Shown piece by piece: positions 35,701 to 47,728 of a stretch of 64,000 bases of DNA. Position 1 is the first letter of the stretch. Each line of letters starts with the position of its first letter. The stretch lies in the NCBI GenBank assembly GCA_000002445.1, contig AE017150.2, positions 96,001 to 160,000 of the forward strand, read 5' to 3'. Both the position numbers and the translations under genes were made by a program. The DNA comes from Trypanosoma brucei (Eukaryota). A model generated the notes under the pieces. The model was given only the letters and a program-made list of their open reading frames with translations. It was not told the origin of the DNA and ran no database searches.

Positions 35701-37594
35701 TTCGTTGATTAAACATTTCATGACGCATCATTACCGAGTTGTTTGTTATGAACTCATAATTAACCATGAGACAGGTTTTCACGAGTAACACTCCCTGCAT
35801 AAATGCAATGCACTGAAGGAATGTAATTTTATTTATTTATTTATTATTACTACCATTTTTATTACCATTATGATTGTCAGTATTAATATTCAGGTTTTCA
35901 TCCATCACTATTTTATTTTTGATATTTTTTTCCAACATCTGTTTCAAGCAACATGGTCGATTGGAAATAATGTAGACATCAATGGTTAGAGAAACTTTGA
36001 TTTGCCTTGACCGTGCAGATGCGCAAAGTTCAAAAGGTTTCAGAAAGGTGATGGGGGAAGTTTAACCATATTTTTTTATTACTGAATTATTTCTCTCAAA
36101 TGCTTTTTTTCTTTTGTATTGCACTTACATTCAAAACCAATTGGGCAGCGCTTTGAAGGCAGTGAAGTGGCGTATGGAAATATTTGCGTATTGGGTGGTT
36201 CTTTAAATTGTGATGATTACGTTCCTAACGGTGATGGAAAAAAATTAACATATGAATGTGTGTTCAATAATAATAATAATAATTAAATGCCAAGTTCCCT
36301 TACTTTCTGTATCAAATAGTGAGTCTGTTTTCTAATCTCATTTTTTTAAAATGCGTATCGAGGTTTAGGAGGCACAATGTTGCTTAAAACTCAACTCTCA
36401 CGAAAATGACACAAATTAAGGGAAGCTTCTATCGCAGCCACCATTTCCATGTGTGCAACAGTAATCGAGTCATTGTAACAATTTTTTTTTTGCGCGTGTG
36501 AAGTGTGAAATCCTCATGAGAACTCAAAATTTACTACAATAATACTCATTATGCAAGGTGCTTTGAGTGGGGAAGGCGGTGCAGACTCAAATATCCAAAA
36601 CAATTTATTTTCCCATATGGCAGAACGAACGGAAGCTGTAGTGAAACATACACTGCAAAGCGAGAAAAGTATATCTCCTGGTGCCGACACTCTCCAACGA
36701 TGTGAACACAAAACCCTTCATTTACGAACAGGAGGCTTCAGTTTGTTTATTTGTTTGTTTGTTTTTGAATCCATTCCTCACATCAGCGTCCAAAATTAAA
36801 TACAGGGAATTCAGAACCTTTATCATGACCATGATTGCTGTGTCTTGTAAGATGATACATATTTTATGATAGGAACTTACTGGGAACCAGCAGTCAACAA
36901 AAGAAATACGAAAGAACACAACAGTGATAAACATATATTACCTTGAAGCTACATGTGTACGTTTGCACGGAATTAGCTCAGTGGTATTTTCGAACTCAGA
37001 GAATGGCACGTGTGCTACAGTCAGATAAAATGAATAAAATACCAAATCTCGTGGATCAATTAATGTATTTGAAAATAGAATCTCATGCTGTATGGTCCTT
37101 AGAGGCATGAAAATAGATTCAATAACGCTAAGGTGTGACAGTGTTGAGGCATCTGTTAATCAACATGCGTTGAAAGTGGGGGAAATGTCAGTGAATATCT
37201 GAGGTAGCGCCAAACTATTTTTTTTTAATGGCCACAAAATGCTGCAGTGGAGCACTGTGGAAATATTTTCATTGGATAGAAAAATGTGTGAGGAAAGTTT
37301 ATTAAATTTGTTTGAGATTTATAACTGTTCTACCTGAGTAACTGTGTGCGTGCTTTAGTACAGGAATCCCTTTGCGATAAAGCTTCTATTTCCTTTACAA
37401 AGAAACACTAAGAAGCCGAATTAGTTATAAAAGCAAAGCAAATATTTTAATCAAGAACAATATTCAATGTTTTGCTTCAGGACAAAAAAACACTTATTCT
37501 GGGAAAAAAGCGTCTGAGGGGACGTGAAGCAAGAGTTGATAATGTTTTCAGTTTATATGGCTCCCTATGCAATGCAAAGTGAAGTCACATTATA

Positions 37595-38057
37595 ATGGAC
37601 AACGAAACTCAACTGCTCGGGATGGAGTTTGTTGATGGAACGCGTAGTGGAAATATAATGTGGAAGGATGAAGAACTTAATGTTGTCCCTGAAATTGAGG
37701 AAGCCGTTAAGAAACCAGAGTGCAGGGAAGAAGTTGAAGCAATGGTTCTAACATCTCAAATGGGGTGATAATAGGCCAAGTTCACCAACGGAAGTAACAA
37801 AAACATATTCATCCGTAGAGAAGAGTTCCGCGTATGGAATGTTGTAAGGAGTGGAATTGAATTATGGCGTACACAACGTGCTTTACCGGGATGTCCTGAT
37901 TTTCCACGATCATACGCTGCCATTGTTAACCCTGGGATTGGAAAATCTCAGAATTTGGGTTCTTTTATCCTCTACAAGTTATTGCATTGTGATGCGGAAG
38001 AGTTGCCTATTGTTGCGTACTTCTGTGGCATGGCAGTGCTAATATTTGAAACCAACT
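37595..38057 (+). pseudogene. RHS: Degenerate plus-strand RHS gene fragment (central region including a mutated P-loop)
   Basis: The translation ...EAMVLTSQMG***AKFTNGSNKNIFIRREEFRVWNVV...AIVNPGIGKSQNLGSFILYKLLHCDAEELPIVAYFCGMAVLIFETN* aligns with RHS #1 ...EIFVLTSEEGWPYN...VYIRREIMRVWYII...VIGTPGIGKSYGVGSFLLYSLLHFHDGMFNVIAYFVGKIAYLIY. It contains an in-frame TGATAATAG and is truncated on both sides. Confidence 0.6.
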
Positions 38058-40529
38058 GATGGACCCTTCGGCATGATCAAGAGAGATAGAGGATACGCAG
38101 CTTTCATGCTGGACGGAAGCATGCCAAGCATTAGTCATTTTTTCTGCTACGCGTTTAATGAAAGTGTGCATTTATCTGAGTTGTCTGTGAATTGGGGAAG
38201 CGCTCTGACCAGTTCGTTTAATGAGCAAACTCCCATGGCTGAGTGTTGAACACACCTCATTGCGATGTCGGAATCCGGTGTATCTGCGAGAGGCGGGGAG
38301 ATTAAATGTTCGCGCGCATCCCGTCTTAAGAATTGCGGCAGTCGGACAGTAACGGACTGCCCGGGGGAGAAGGAAAAGCGGCGAAACCGTCGGTTTTCGG
38401 GATGGTGGGAAGCATCGGTGTGATCCTCCACGTGTATAAACATGATTCTTTCGGTATCTTTAGAGCGCTCTCAATGTTGAGATCTGTGGTGTTAAGCAGA
38501 ATACAGGTCTGATCTCAGGTGAGTCGCAGCGGAATTCTGGTGAACTCTCCCGGCCGAAAAGGACCACCTAAGCAAATAACTGCGCGAGAAAAGGGTAAAT
38601 GCCACATTTTTCACGAAACGTTATCATCAGAGGCGGAGGCGGAATCCACAGTGATGACTCGGTGTTGGAAGATTGATATGGCACGGCCCCTTAAGGGTCC
38701 ATAAGCGTGGAGATTGGCAATGGATGGGATCGGTGTGTCGAAAGGCTCACAAAAAAACAAACGAGCGAGTACTAAATACGATAGGTTGATCATATTGTCA
38801 CACTGGAGCTGCTAATTGCATCTGTATCGGCGTTTTTACACAAACGAAAACAATAACAAAGGAGGAATCGGGCATACGGTGGCCGACGTAACGTTTCAAA
38901 ACAGCCGGACACGGGATCCAACTACAACATCTGTCAACGGAAGATGATGCGCTGTGCAATGGCCCACGCAGTATATGATGGAAATAACCGGTACGAGGAA
39001 TGACGCGAGAACGTCCCATGTGTAACTGGTTTTCACCTCAAGTCATGGTCATCTACAGGTTATGTGGAATAGATGAAAATAATGGGGAATTGTGAAAGAC
39101 AAGGTTTGACAAGAGTTTTTCGCTGTCATCGTCATTATTCTTCGGAAAGTCAGCGTATGGGTTGTTATTATGGCGGCGCGAACTAAACCAGTCCGACGAC
39201 GGTCACTGCATTTTCCTCCCTCGCGACTACTGATATTTTCTCCGCTTTGTCCTTTTCCAAACATTTTTAATTCGTGAAGGTCTCACCATCTTTCCACTTC
39301 TTCCGGTAAAACTCTCTGCACCTGCTTTTCTATCCACACTCGCTGCGGTTTTCCACTTCAGAGTGTGGCCAGTAGCCTTCTCAGCTCGTCTTGCCATTTG
39401 TTTGGCTGTGCTCGCGCCTTCCGGCATTCTGTTAAAAGCTGCGTCTTCCTTCTGTTCCCGATGTCAACGACTGCTGTCCTTTTTACCTTTGCAGAATTCG
39501 CACGCTCTCAAGAATTTCCTGACATTTTGCACCTCTTCCCAGTTCTCTCGCCCACATCGTGGTCATTCCTATACCTGCGCTACGATAGCGTGACGGTTTT
39601 TACCATAGGCCTCGTCACCGAATCTAGCGCCGGTGTTTCCCGCGCCTGTGAACTTTCGCCCATGGTGTCCACGGCAAGTCGTTTCGCAACGATCCTTATT
39701 CCGCTGCATTTACAAGTTGCCGTTGGCTCTCTTTCCCACTTGGCGTCATGACAACAATGGCTGCGTTCGGCTTTGGCATATGGCTTGTGTACAGCATCTC
39801 TTTTTTCGCTTATTTATTTCGTGTGTCGAGGGAATGCTGCCGTTGGCATTGACGTTCCTGAACTCAGCAAGCTCCTGCGATCACTCACTTTCGTGAGTTC
39901 CATCAGCCGCAACTGTTGTGCTCTCGAGTTTGGCGTCGTGCTTTCGCTCGCTTAGCGTCTAGTTAAATGCCATCGCCATGGGCGTCTCCTGAGCAACAAG
40001 ACGTTTCTTCATACAAGCAACATTAGACTTACATTGTTGTGTCGTATGTGACGGAGGAAGACGCAGCTACGGTTTCAGGGTGGTGAGCTCCGTCCGTTTG
40101 TTTTTATCATCGGTGACAAATTCGATTACGCAGTTGTTTTACCCTTCTGTAACTTTCCCTTCCCCAGTTTCAACTGTACAGGTTTTCCTGAAAGTCATTC
40201 CCGTCTGACAAGTTGGTTTGTTTTTTCCTCCCTTTACCGCTTCCAACAAACAGAACGCCGTCCGCGACACAACTACACCTCTTTTCCCCTTTCCTTCCCC
40301 ACCAAAGAACATCGTTGAAAGTTCGATACTTTCAAAGCAACTTTAGCGTAAGAAGTTTTTTGGCGGCGATGCCTGAGAATAGTCAAGTCTCACTTCCCTA
40401 TAATATAGCAATAGAAAAAATATAACATAATTATAAAGAGTGCCTTCGTACAAACGAGTTTTACTGAAATATAAGTCACATCGTAAACGAAATTTATTGA
40501 TACTTATCTAACCGCCTCTATTACTTACA

Positions 40530-40558
40530 AAGCGGAAGTGTCTGAAAGTGTCCTTAAC
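40530..40558 (+). other. Conserved ~29-nt motif, copy 2 (see 8739..8769)
   Basis: aagcggaagtgtctgaaagtgtccttaac; 27 of 29 nt identical to copy 1. Confidence 0.5.
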
Positions 40559-43500
40559 CCGCTTCCCGCGCTCCCCTTTGCTTGCTATTTGGACACCCAT
40601 GGGGTTATCCTTCTGAGGTCACGTAAAACTCCATGAAGAATCAATCCTTCCATTTTGCAGCACTCTCCGTCTATGGCTACGGCCTCATGAATCATGGCAT
40701 TGGAATGTGTGTTGTAATTCCCACCATATTTTTTAAAAAAATAATATGCATCATACTTGTGTTGACTACTCATACATGTAAGAGACTCTTCAATCTCTTT
40801 CATAAGGCAAATATTCAAAAGTGGACCGCAGTTTCACAAGTAGCACTTGCAGTTAAGAACTTCTCTTCCGAATTGATAAATAATAAAACCACTCCCATCA
40901 CCCTTGCATGGAAGCATCCGTTACCATCATGACCACAGTTGCTACAACTCGCTACGTGCTCACTGGTGTTTTCTTTACTAAAATGCACATCCATTTTTGT
41001 GTCAGCTGTAACGCATATGTGTGTATGTGTGTGTCTGTGTGTGGTGGCACGGTTAAATCATTGGGTCGCATCGGGACCATATTGCATCATGACAAATATC
41101 ATGCTACCATTTAAAAAAAAAGTAGCAGTATTATTAAGGAGAAAGCTATTGTTTTCTCACTCCTGCTGCCACGTACATCATGCATGATACAACAGTTTCC
41201 ATTTATTCTATAGTAGTTTTTTTTCATATTGCAAGGGATACTCGGAATTGTTGTGTCACTTTCGTTGTCCCAGCCATACTGTCTGCTTTTCATGGTTAAA
41301 CTAAAACTCCAATGAAATCACACTGTTGTGTCATCTTTTGCAAATCACCAATGATAGTAGTGTGCCTCACATTCCTCCATGTTCGTAACTATTTTGTTTC
41401 CACGACATTTAACCACGTCATGTGCCTCACACTGATAAATATGTTGCATATCCATGTTTGAGTCCTCAATCTTTCATGGGTCGATTGCTGCAGCCTCACG
41501 ACATCGGCGTCTTCTGAAAAGACCCTTGTGATGGTGTGTAAAACTCCAGGAGTCCATTTTATTAACTGATGGGGAGTTGATTCAAATTCATTAATTCCTC
41601 ATTTTAGTTAAGGCATCGGAACCCCAGCCGAATATTCTCAGGTAACTTCACTTGGGAGAGGAATGACTTTAGATCAAACACTGCCACCGACTGGTCATGG
41701 AGAGTATTTAAATACTGGGAAAAGTGACCCAATGGGACATATGCCTCATAATCATCCCTGCTCTTTTTAGCCTTTGGTCATGCAATAAACCAACGCCTTC
41801 TTCCAATTCTGTTTTTCCTCCATCACAAAGAATGGCACATAACCCATCCTGTCGTATGTCTCTTTGAAACTGTGCCAATGATACGCGGCTGCTTGATTAT
41901 TTGGGCATACTTTTCCACAATGTGCAGTTCAGATTTCCCTGTTTGATACTTTCTCTCTTTCTTTCTCTTTCTCCACATCATCTGTGCTATTCATAATGCT
42001 CCAAACCTCATCAAATTGTTTACTCGCTGCTTGCATCATCCTCTGTCGTATCCACGAAAAGGAAATTATTCCCACATTCATTTCCTATTGGAGAGGTGAA
42101 GTCTTTTTTTTTCCTCATCCCGTGATGTCACCTTCATTTCCCCTTATGAGTGTCAAGGAATGCTGTGCAATCGATAATTTGGGAAGATATTCACCGTTAT
42201 AAGTCCCGGCTTCCCTCACACTGAGGCTGCACATTTCTTCCAATTATATCTTACATCAAAAACATTAAAAGAATCGACTTGCTGACGGCAGCTGTCACAT
42301 ATCTGAGATACCGCACTGTGCTTCGTTGAAGTTCCATTGTGTAGATGTGCTTTCCCATTTGTATTAATAATATGTTGTCAATGTCGTGCTTCCATTGCAA
42401 CTACTGCCGCTCCGCGTGTCAGCAATGCTCTTCTCTTTATGGAATGTTCTATCATTACGTGTGGTCGTTTCAGTATGGTGTCACTTTTCCCCTTTGTGGT
42501 AATGGCTATGATTTTTCCTCTTTCCTCCAGAGGTTCCTCCCTATGACTTTTCTCACACTGGCAATGTCCTTTTCCCAGTTGATAATTATGCCTCGTGCGA
42601 CTCTGTGGGTATCGCTTTTGAATTTCTTTGGAAGGTTCCCCCCAAAATCCACTATTGAGGCTTGCCTGCCGTGTGAGTGTGGTATAACATATTCCTCTTT
42701 TTTGGGAGCTGTGTAATTTCTTTTTGCCATCAAATGGCTGGATGCAATTCATTCCATTGATATTGCAACTGGATACCACTCTGGACGGAACTTCCTGCAA
42801 GATATTATCGAATCCCCATTACAACATGTGTTGTGTTTGTTTGATGGGTTTACCTGTTACCGTATTGTAAAGACAGACCCAAAAACAAAATCCGCGTCGG
42901 TGTGTCCAATAGAAATGATGGAAGAGCTCTCCTGTACTGAAATGGCGTTGCTCTCTGAGAGTCGTAAACTTACAACAACAAATAGAAACGCAGTTACATT
43001 CTATACTGGCATGCGGTAATGATTTTCCGCCAATGCATAAAAACTCCGCATGATGAATTCCTATTGCTCACATGTTTTAGTCCTCAGCCACATTCACTTT
43101 GCTATTCTATTGGCTCCTGAAACCAATGCCATGATGTACGGATGGCTTTGTGTGTGGGAACTGCAATAAAAATAAAAATAATAATAATAACTCCTTTCAC
43201 CAATGAGTTTACTATTGGTTGCAAAAGTGCTCTTGGTGTCACTCCATTTTCTTTTTCAATCCTCAGCTGCTGAGGGGCTGCTGTATTTTTTAAAAAGAGT
43301 GACGCACCGTTTTATTCCCCACCCCTTTCAGGTGACTTCCTCCTGCACGGTTTATACTTTCCCATTGTAGAATGTTTTTCAAGGTGTTTCCTTTGTGAAG
43401 CTTTGGTTATGCTATAATTAAAGACCACTCAAATCCCTGCTTCAGGGAACTGTTGTTGCATTTATTCCCCTTTAATTGTTGCAAATTTGTTCACTTGACA

Positions 43501-46166
43501 AGTTGTACTGCGATGCTTCACTTTACCATATGTGTAACATCGTGTCTCGTTGGTTTGTAAAAATTCAAAAAGAACACATCAGGTGATATTCTTCTGTTCT
43601 TACTTCGTACATTCACATCTCTTCCCGTCAGTTCGGAAACTCCCACTCAAACTCACCACTCTGTGAAGATTTGTAATTTCCGTTATGGATGGACGTACTC
43701 AAGTGGACATGTTTGGCACTTCAAAACTAAGTTTTTTAAACTTACACCTTCCTTCTTTCATAGAGCTTCAGTGCGAGAGTAAAAGAATAGTTGAGTATTA
43801 TGAGAAAACATAAGCCCAAATATTCTCGATGCAAGTTTTCAATAAAAGCAAACGCATTGAGATGGTTTAGTGAACACATGCAGTATAATCCCTAGCAAAG
43901 GTATTATTCACACCCAATAAACAACTCAAACAAATAACACCAGCATACATATCGCAGACACATAAGTTGCACCTTCACAAACAAATGATGACTGCTGTGA
44001 CTCATCATGTGTAAAATATTATGAGAACAAAAACATAAATGTCCTTGATCTTCCATAAATGTATAGCACAATATTATTTTGCATTATCATCGGAAAAATA
44101 TTTTTTTTATATTGATATATATATTCAGCTAAAAGTCAAGAGTGAGCTCTGGCCTTGTAGAACTGTAAATGCGTGCATGTTCTGTTATTATTGTTTCCCA
44201 TTGTAAAATGAAGATACGTGCAGGTGTGGAGAAACGACTCCATTAATGCTTATGATGCACCAAATAATTCTCTCGTAAAGAAAGGAGAGAACAAATGCTC
44301 AGTACATGCGTCCCTATTTGTATCTTTAAATTAAGGTTCTCTTGAGTGGAGTAAAAGAAGAAAAGGCAAGAAGTATATGATGTGAGTGATAATACATAAT
44401 GAAATGACCCAACAAGAGGGAAAGGAAGTTACATGCCTTCACTACAGTCATACAAATAAAGCCAGACCCTTTACACTCGTTTCACAGTGTTCTGTCGCAT
44501 CGCTCTGTATAAACAAATTACTAATAGGAAATGGAAATGTAAGAAGAGAGTAAAAAAGTATCAAGTAGCTTGAGGATTATCGACACTCAGCTACGTGGAA
44601 TGATACGCATCGCAAATTTGTGTTTGAAATGATCACCATCCTAATGAACTTACTCGTATGTTACTTAATCCTGGGAAATACTTCTCTGTGCGCTCAAGTT
44701 ACCTGACAACTTTCCTTCCACACCCTATGCATTGTTACCACCTCCATTGTTAACTCCGTTGTTCCTGTCATATTCCTCAAGTTTTTCTTTGCATTCGACG
44801 TATAGTGCAATAATGCGCTCATTAAGTGAGACGGAAAATTGACGCACTTCCCTTTTCCAAAATCTTTCCTCACGTTTGCTTTGTTCATCCGTGGCTGTCC
44901 TGCTACAACACTGTGGCTTTGTAATTCTTTCGTCGTCAACCCTTTGAACATATATTATTTCCCATACCATATCATTAGAAAAATTGTCCCAGCGTCTAAA
45001 GTAACTTTGCAAACACCTTTTCATCTTAAATAACCCACCGGTGCTGCAGGGATGACTACCAGAAATTGTGTACTGCAGTCCCACAAAAGTCTTCGGGTTC
45101 TCAACAAAAAAGAACGCATCAACAACTGGGAAACTCCTTGATTGCGGCTTGTACAATTTCATGTATTCAATTTCAGCTCCAGCTACAATTGGAACATCCT
45201 CAGGAACCTCAATCGAAGGACCAATGAGTCTTGGTTCTTGCAGCACCTGCAGCACACTTCGTGGAATTTGATCCTCAGAAAGTGAGAGGCCCTGTAACTC
45301 CCTTGCCAACTCAATTAGTGCATCCTCATGTGACAATGCTTCAATGCCACTGTTCTCAAACATGTAGGCAGCGAGGGCGCGGTTAGACAACATGCCAGAA
45401 ATTAAAGCATATTTTTTTGTCCGCCAAGGTCTCAGAAAGTCTAAAATAGCTTGTCCCGTGTAAGATGAAAGCGGTCTGCAGCGATACGCATCACAAAGGG
45501 GGTCACCATCAACCACACGGACAGCCCTCACTAACTTGTGTGATACCTCATCTGTTTGCCACATACCTGCGTTTTGGAAAATTTTAGCGTAATCATTCAT
45601 ATCATCATCTCTCATTTTGCCAATGACCTCTCGAATTAGTTCCCGCTGCCTTTTATACCAAAATGAATCAACGATATGACGAAGCAGTGGACCAACGATA
45701 CGAATGCGGGCTTGAATTTCTTGCCATTCTCTTTCAATTTTCTCCTTCGCATCTGAAGGACTCCAACCGTAAGCAAGAGCAATTTTCCCCCACCTCGATA
45801 TGTGTATGGCTTCCAAATCCTTCAATGTGTCACAGTTTATGTAAATATGTGTAGCGCCGTTTTGCTTGGACCATTCATGGAATTGTCTAACGTTTGGAGA
45901 ACTCAAAGCAATACCGGAAAAATCACCAGGTGGTTTCACTGGAGCATGATGGTCCTTGTCCACGTCGAATATAAGGTATCCCTTAATATCCTCACCGCCA
46001 CTCGATTCTCCGATTATTTGCTTAACAGCTGTGAATGCACTCTTATAATTACTGTAAAACGTAACATATCCTGCTCGATCGCCTTTGGGTTTACGAAACA
46101 CGTACGCCTCGCCCTCCACAACGTATATGATAATCTGAAGCTGACTCGCTTCATAATGCAGTAGTT

Positions 46167-46178
46167 TGTATAACAGTA
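46167..46178. repeat. 12-bp target-site duplication TGTATAACAGTA (minus strand TACTGTTATACA), copy 1 of 4
   Basis: The identical 12-mer occurs at 46167..46178, 46683..46694, 47203..47214 and 47717..47728, immediately flanking each RIME. Confidence 0.85.
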
Positions 46179-46682
46179 TTTTTTTTTTTTTAGAATTTTC
46201 TTCGTGCCTTCGTGAGAGTTTCTCCCAACTGGCGCGGCCATCAGCCATCACCGTAGAGCCCCGAGATGCTATCGGTCTGGCGACTGTGGCAGAGTCTCCC
46301 TTTTTCATTCATCCTAACACACTCTCTATAATTTTTGTTGTATTTCCGCATATGAACGGAATACAGCAGATGGGGCGAGAACCCTCCCACCCTGGACTCT
46401 CCCAAAGATGCCAATTTGCAATCCTTTTTTGGAGGTCCACATCACCGGACAGCAGCATCTTAGCGCGGATGATACTGCTGATGGCACGCTGGCACGTGCC
46501 CAGGGACCGACAAATGAAAAACGGTGTCCCAGCAAGACGCTGCTGATCCCTGTGCTGTATGATGCCGTAGCCGGAGCACAGCAGTGTTCCCCATGAAAGG
46601 AACGCTGCTGGCTCTTGGCTTCCCCCGATGATACGGGGTACTGGACCCTGGCACAACATTGAGGTGGCCGGCATCGCCAGGG
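46179..46682 (-). mobile_element. RIME (non-autonomous ingi-related retroposon), copy a, with a 13-nt poly(A) tail
   Basis: The minus strand reads CCCTGGCGATGCCGGCCACCTCAATGTTGTGCCAGGGTCCAGTACCCCGTATCATCGGGGGAAGCCAAGAGCCAG... ending in poly(A). This matches the canonical RIME/ingi 5' end, the length is ~504 bp, and the copy is flanked by the 12-bp direct repeat. Confidence 0.85.
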
Positions 46683-46694
46683 TGTATAACAGTA
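46683..46694. repeat. 12-bp TSD, copy 2 of 4
   Basis: As above. Confidence 0.85.
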
Positions 46695-47202
46695 TTTTTT
46701 TTTTTTTAGAATTTTCTTCGTGCCTTCGTGAGAGTTTCCCCCCACTGGCGCGGCCATCAGCCATCACCGTAGAGCCCTGAGATGCTATCGGTCTGGCGAC
46801 TGTGGCAGAGTCTCCCTTTTTCATTCATCCTAACACACCCTCTATAATTTTTGTTGTATTTCCGCATATGAACGGAATACAGCAGATGGGGCGAGAAGCC
46901 TCCCACCCTGGACTCTCCAAAAGATGCCAATTGGCAATCCTTTTTTTTTCGGAGGTCCACATCACCGGACAGCAGCATCTTAGTGCGGATGATACTGCTG
47001 ATGGCACGCTGGCACGTGCCCAGGGACCGACAAATGAAAAACGGTGTCCCAGCAAGACGCTGCTGATCCCTGTGCTGTATGATGCCGTAGCCGGAGCACA
47101 GCAGTGTTCCCCATGAAAGGAACGCTGCTGGCTCTTGGCTTCCCCCGATGATACGGGGTACTGGACCCTGGCACCACGTTGAGGTGGCCGGCATCGCCAG
47201 GG
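46695..47202 (-). mobile_element. RIME copy b, 13-nt poly(A)
   Basis: Near-identical to copy a; same 5' end and poly(A); flanked by the 12-bp direct repeat. Confidence 0.85.
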
Positions 47203-47214
47203 TGTATAACAGTA
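47203..47214. repeat. 12-bp TSD, copy 3 of 4
   Basis: As above. Confidence 0.85.
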
Positions 47215-47716
47215 TTTTTTTTTTTAGAATTTTCTTCGTGCCTTCGTGAGAGTTTCTCCCAACTGGCGCGGCCATCAGCCATCACCGTAGAGCCCTGAGA
47301 TGCTATCGGTCTGGCGACTGTGGCAGAGTCTCCCTTTTTCACTCATCCTAACACACTCTCTATAATTTTTGTTGTATTTCCGCATATGAACGGAATACAG
47401 CAGATGGGGCGAGAACCCTCCCACCCTGGACTCTCCCAAAGATGCCAATTTGCAATCCTTTTTTGGAGGTCCACATCACCGGACAGCAGCATCTTAGCGC
47501 GGATGATACTGCTGATGGCACGCTGGCACGTGCCCAGGGACCGACAAATGAAAAACGGTGTCCCAGCAAGACGCTGCTGATCCCTGTGCTGTATGATGCC
47601 GTAGCCGGAGCACAGCAGTGTTCCCCATGAAAGGAACTCTGCTGGCTCTTGGCTTCCCCCGATGATACGGGGTACTGGACCCTGGCACCACGTTGAGGTG
47701 GCCGGCATCGCCAGGG
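47215..47716 (-). mobile_element. RIME copy c, 11-nt poly(A)
   Basis: Near-identical to copies a and b. It abuts RHS N-part codons ...LLLY through the 12-bp repeat. Confidence 0.85.
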
Positions 47717-47728
47717 TGTATAACAGTA
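47717..47728. repeat. 12-bp TSD, copy 4 of 4
   Basis: As above. Confidence 0.85.

Noticed and set aside
36965-37020. tRNA-like D-arm sequence TAGCTCAGTGGTA followed by TTCGAACTC
   Set aside because: No closing D-stem, no anticodon arm, and no 7-bp acceptor pairing; the length is too short for a tRNA. Probably a chance match or a tRNA-derived scrap.
46309-47342. Multiple 62-172 aa ORFs on both strands inside the RIME array (MKKGDSATVARPIASQGSTV..., MAAPVGRNSHEGTKKILKKK..., MPICNPFLEVHITGQQHL...)
   Set aside because: They are repeated three times only because the RIME is repeated. RIME is a non-coding SINE-like element, and the 'KKKK' runs are translated poly(A).
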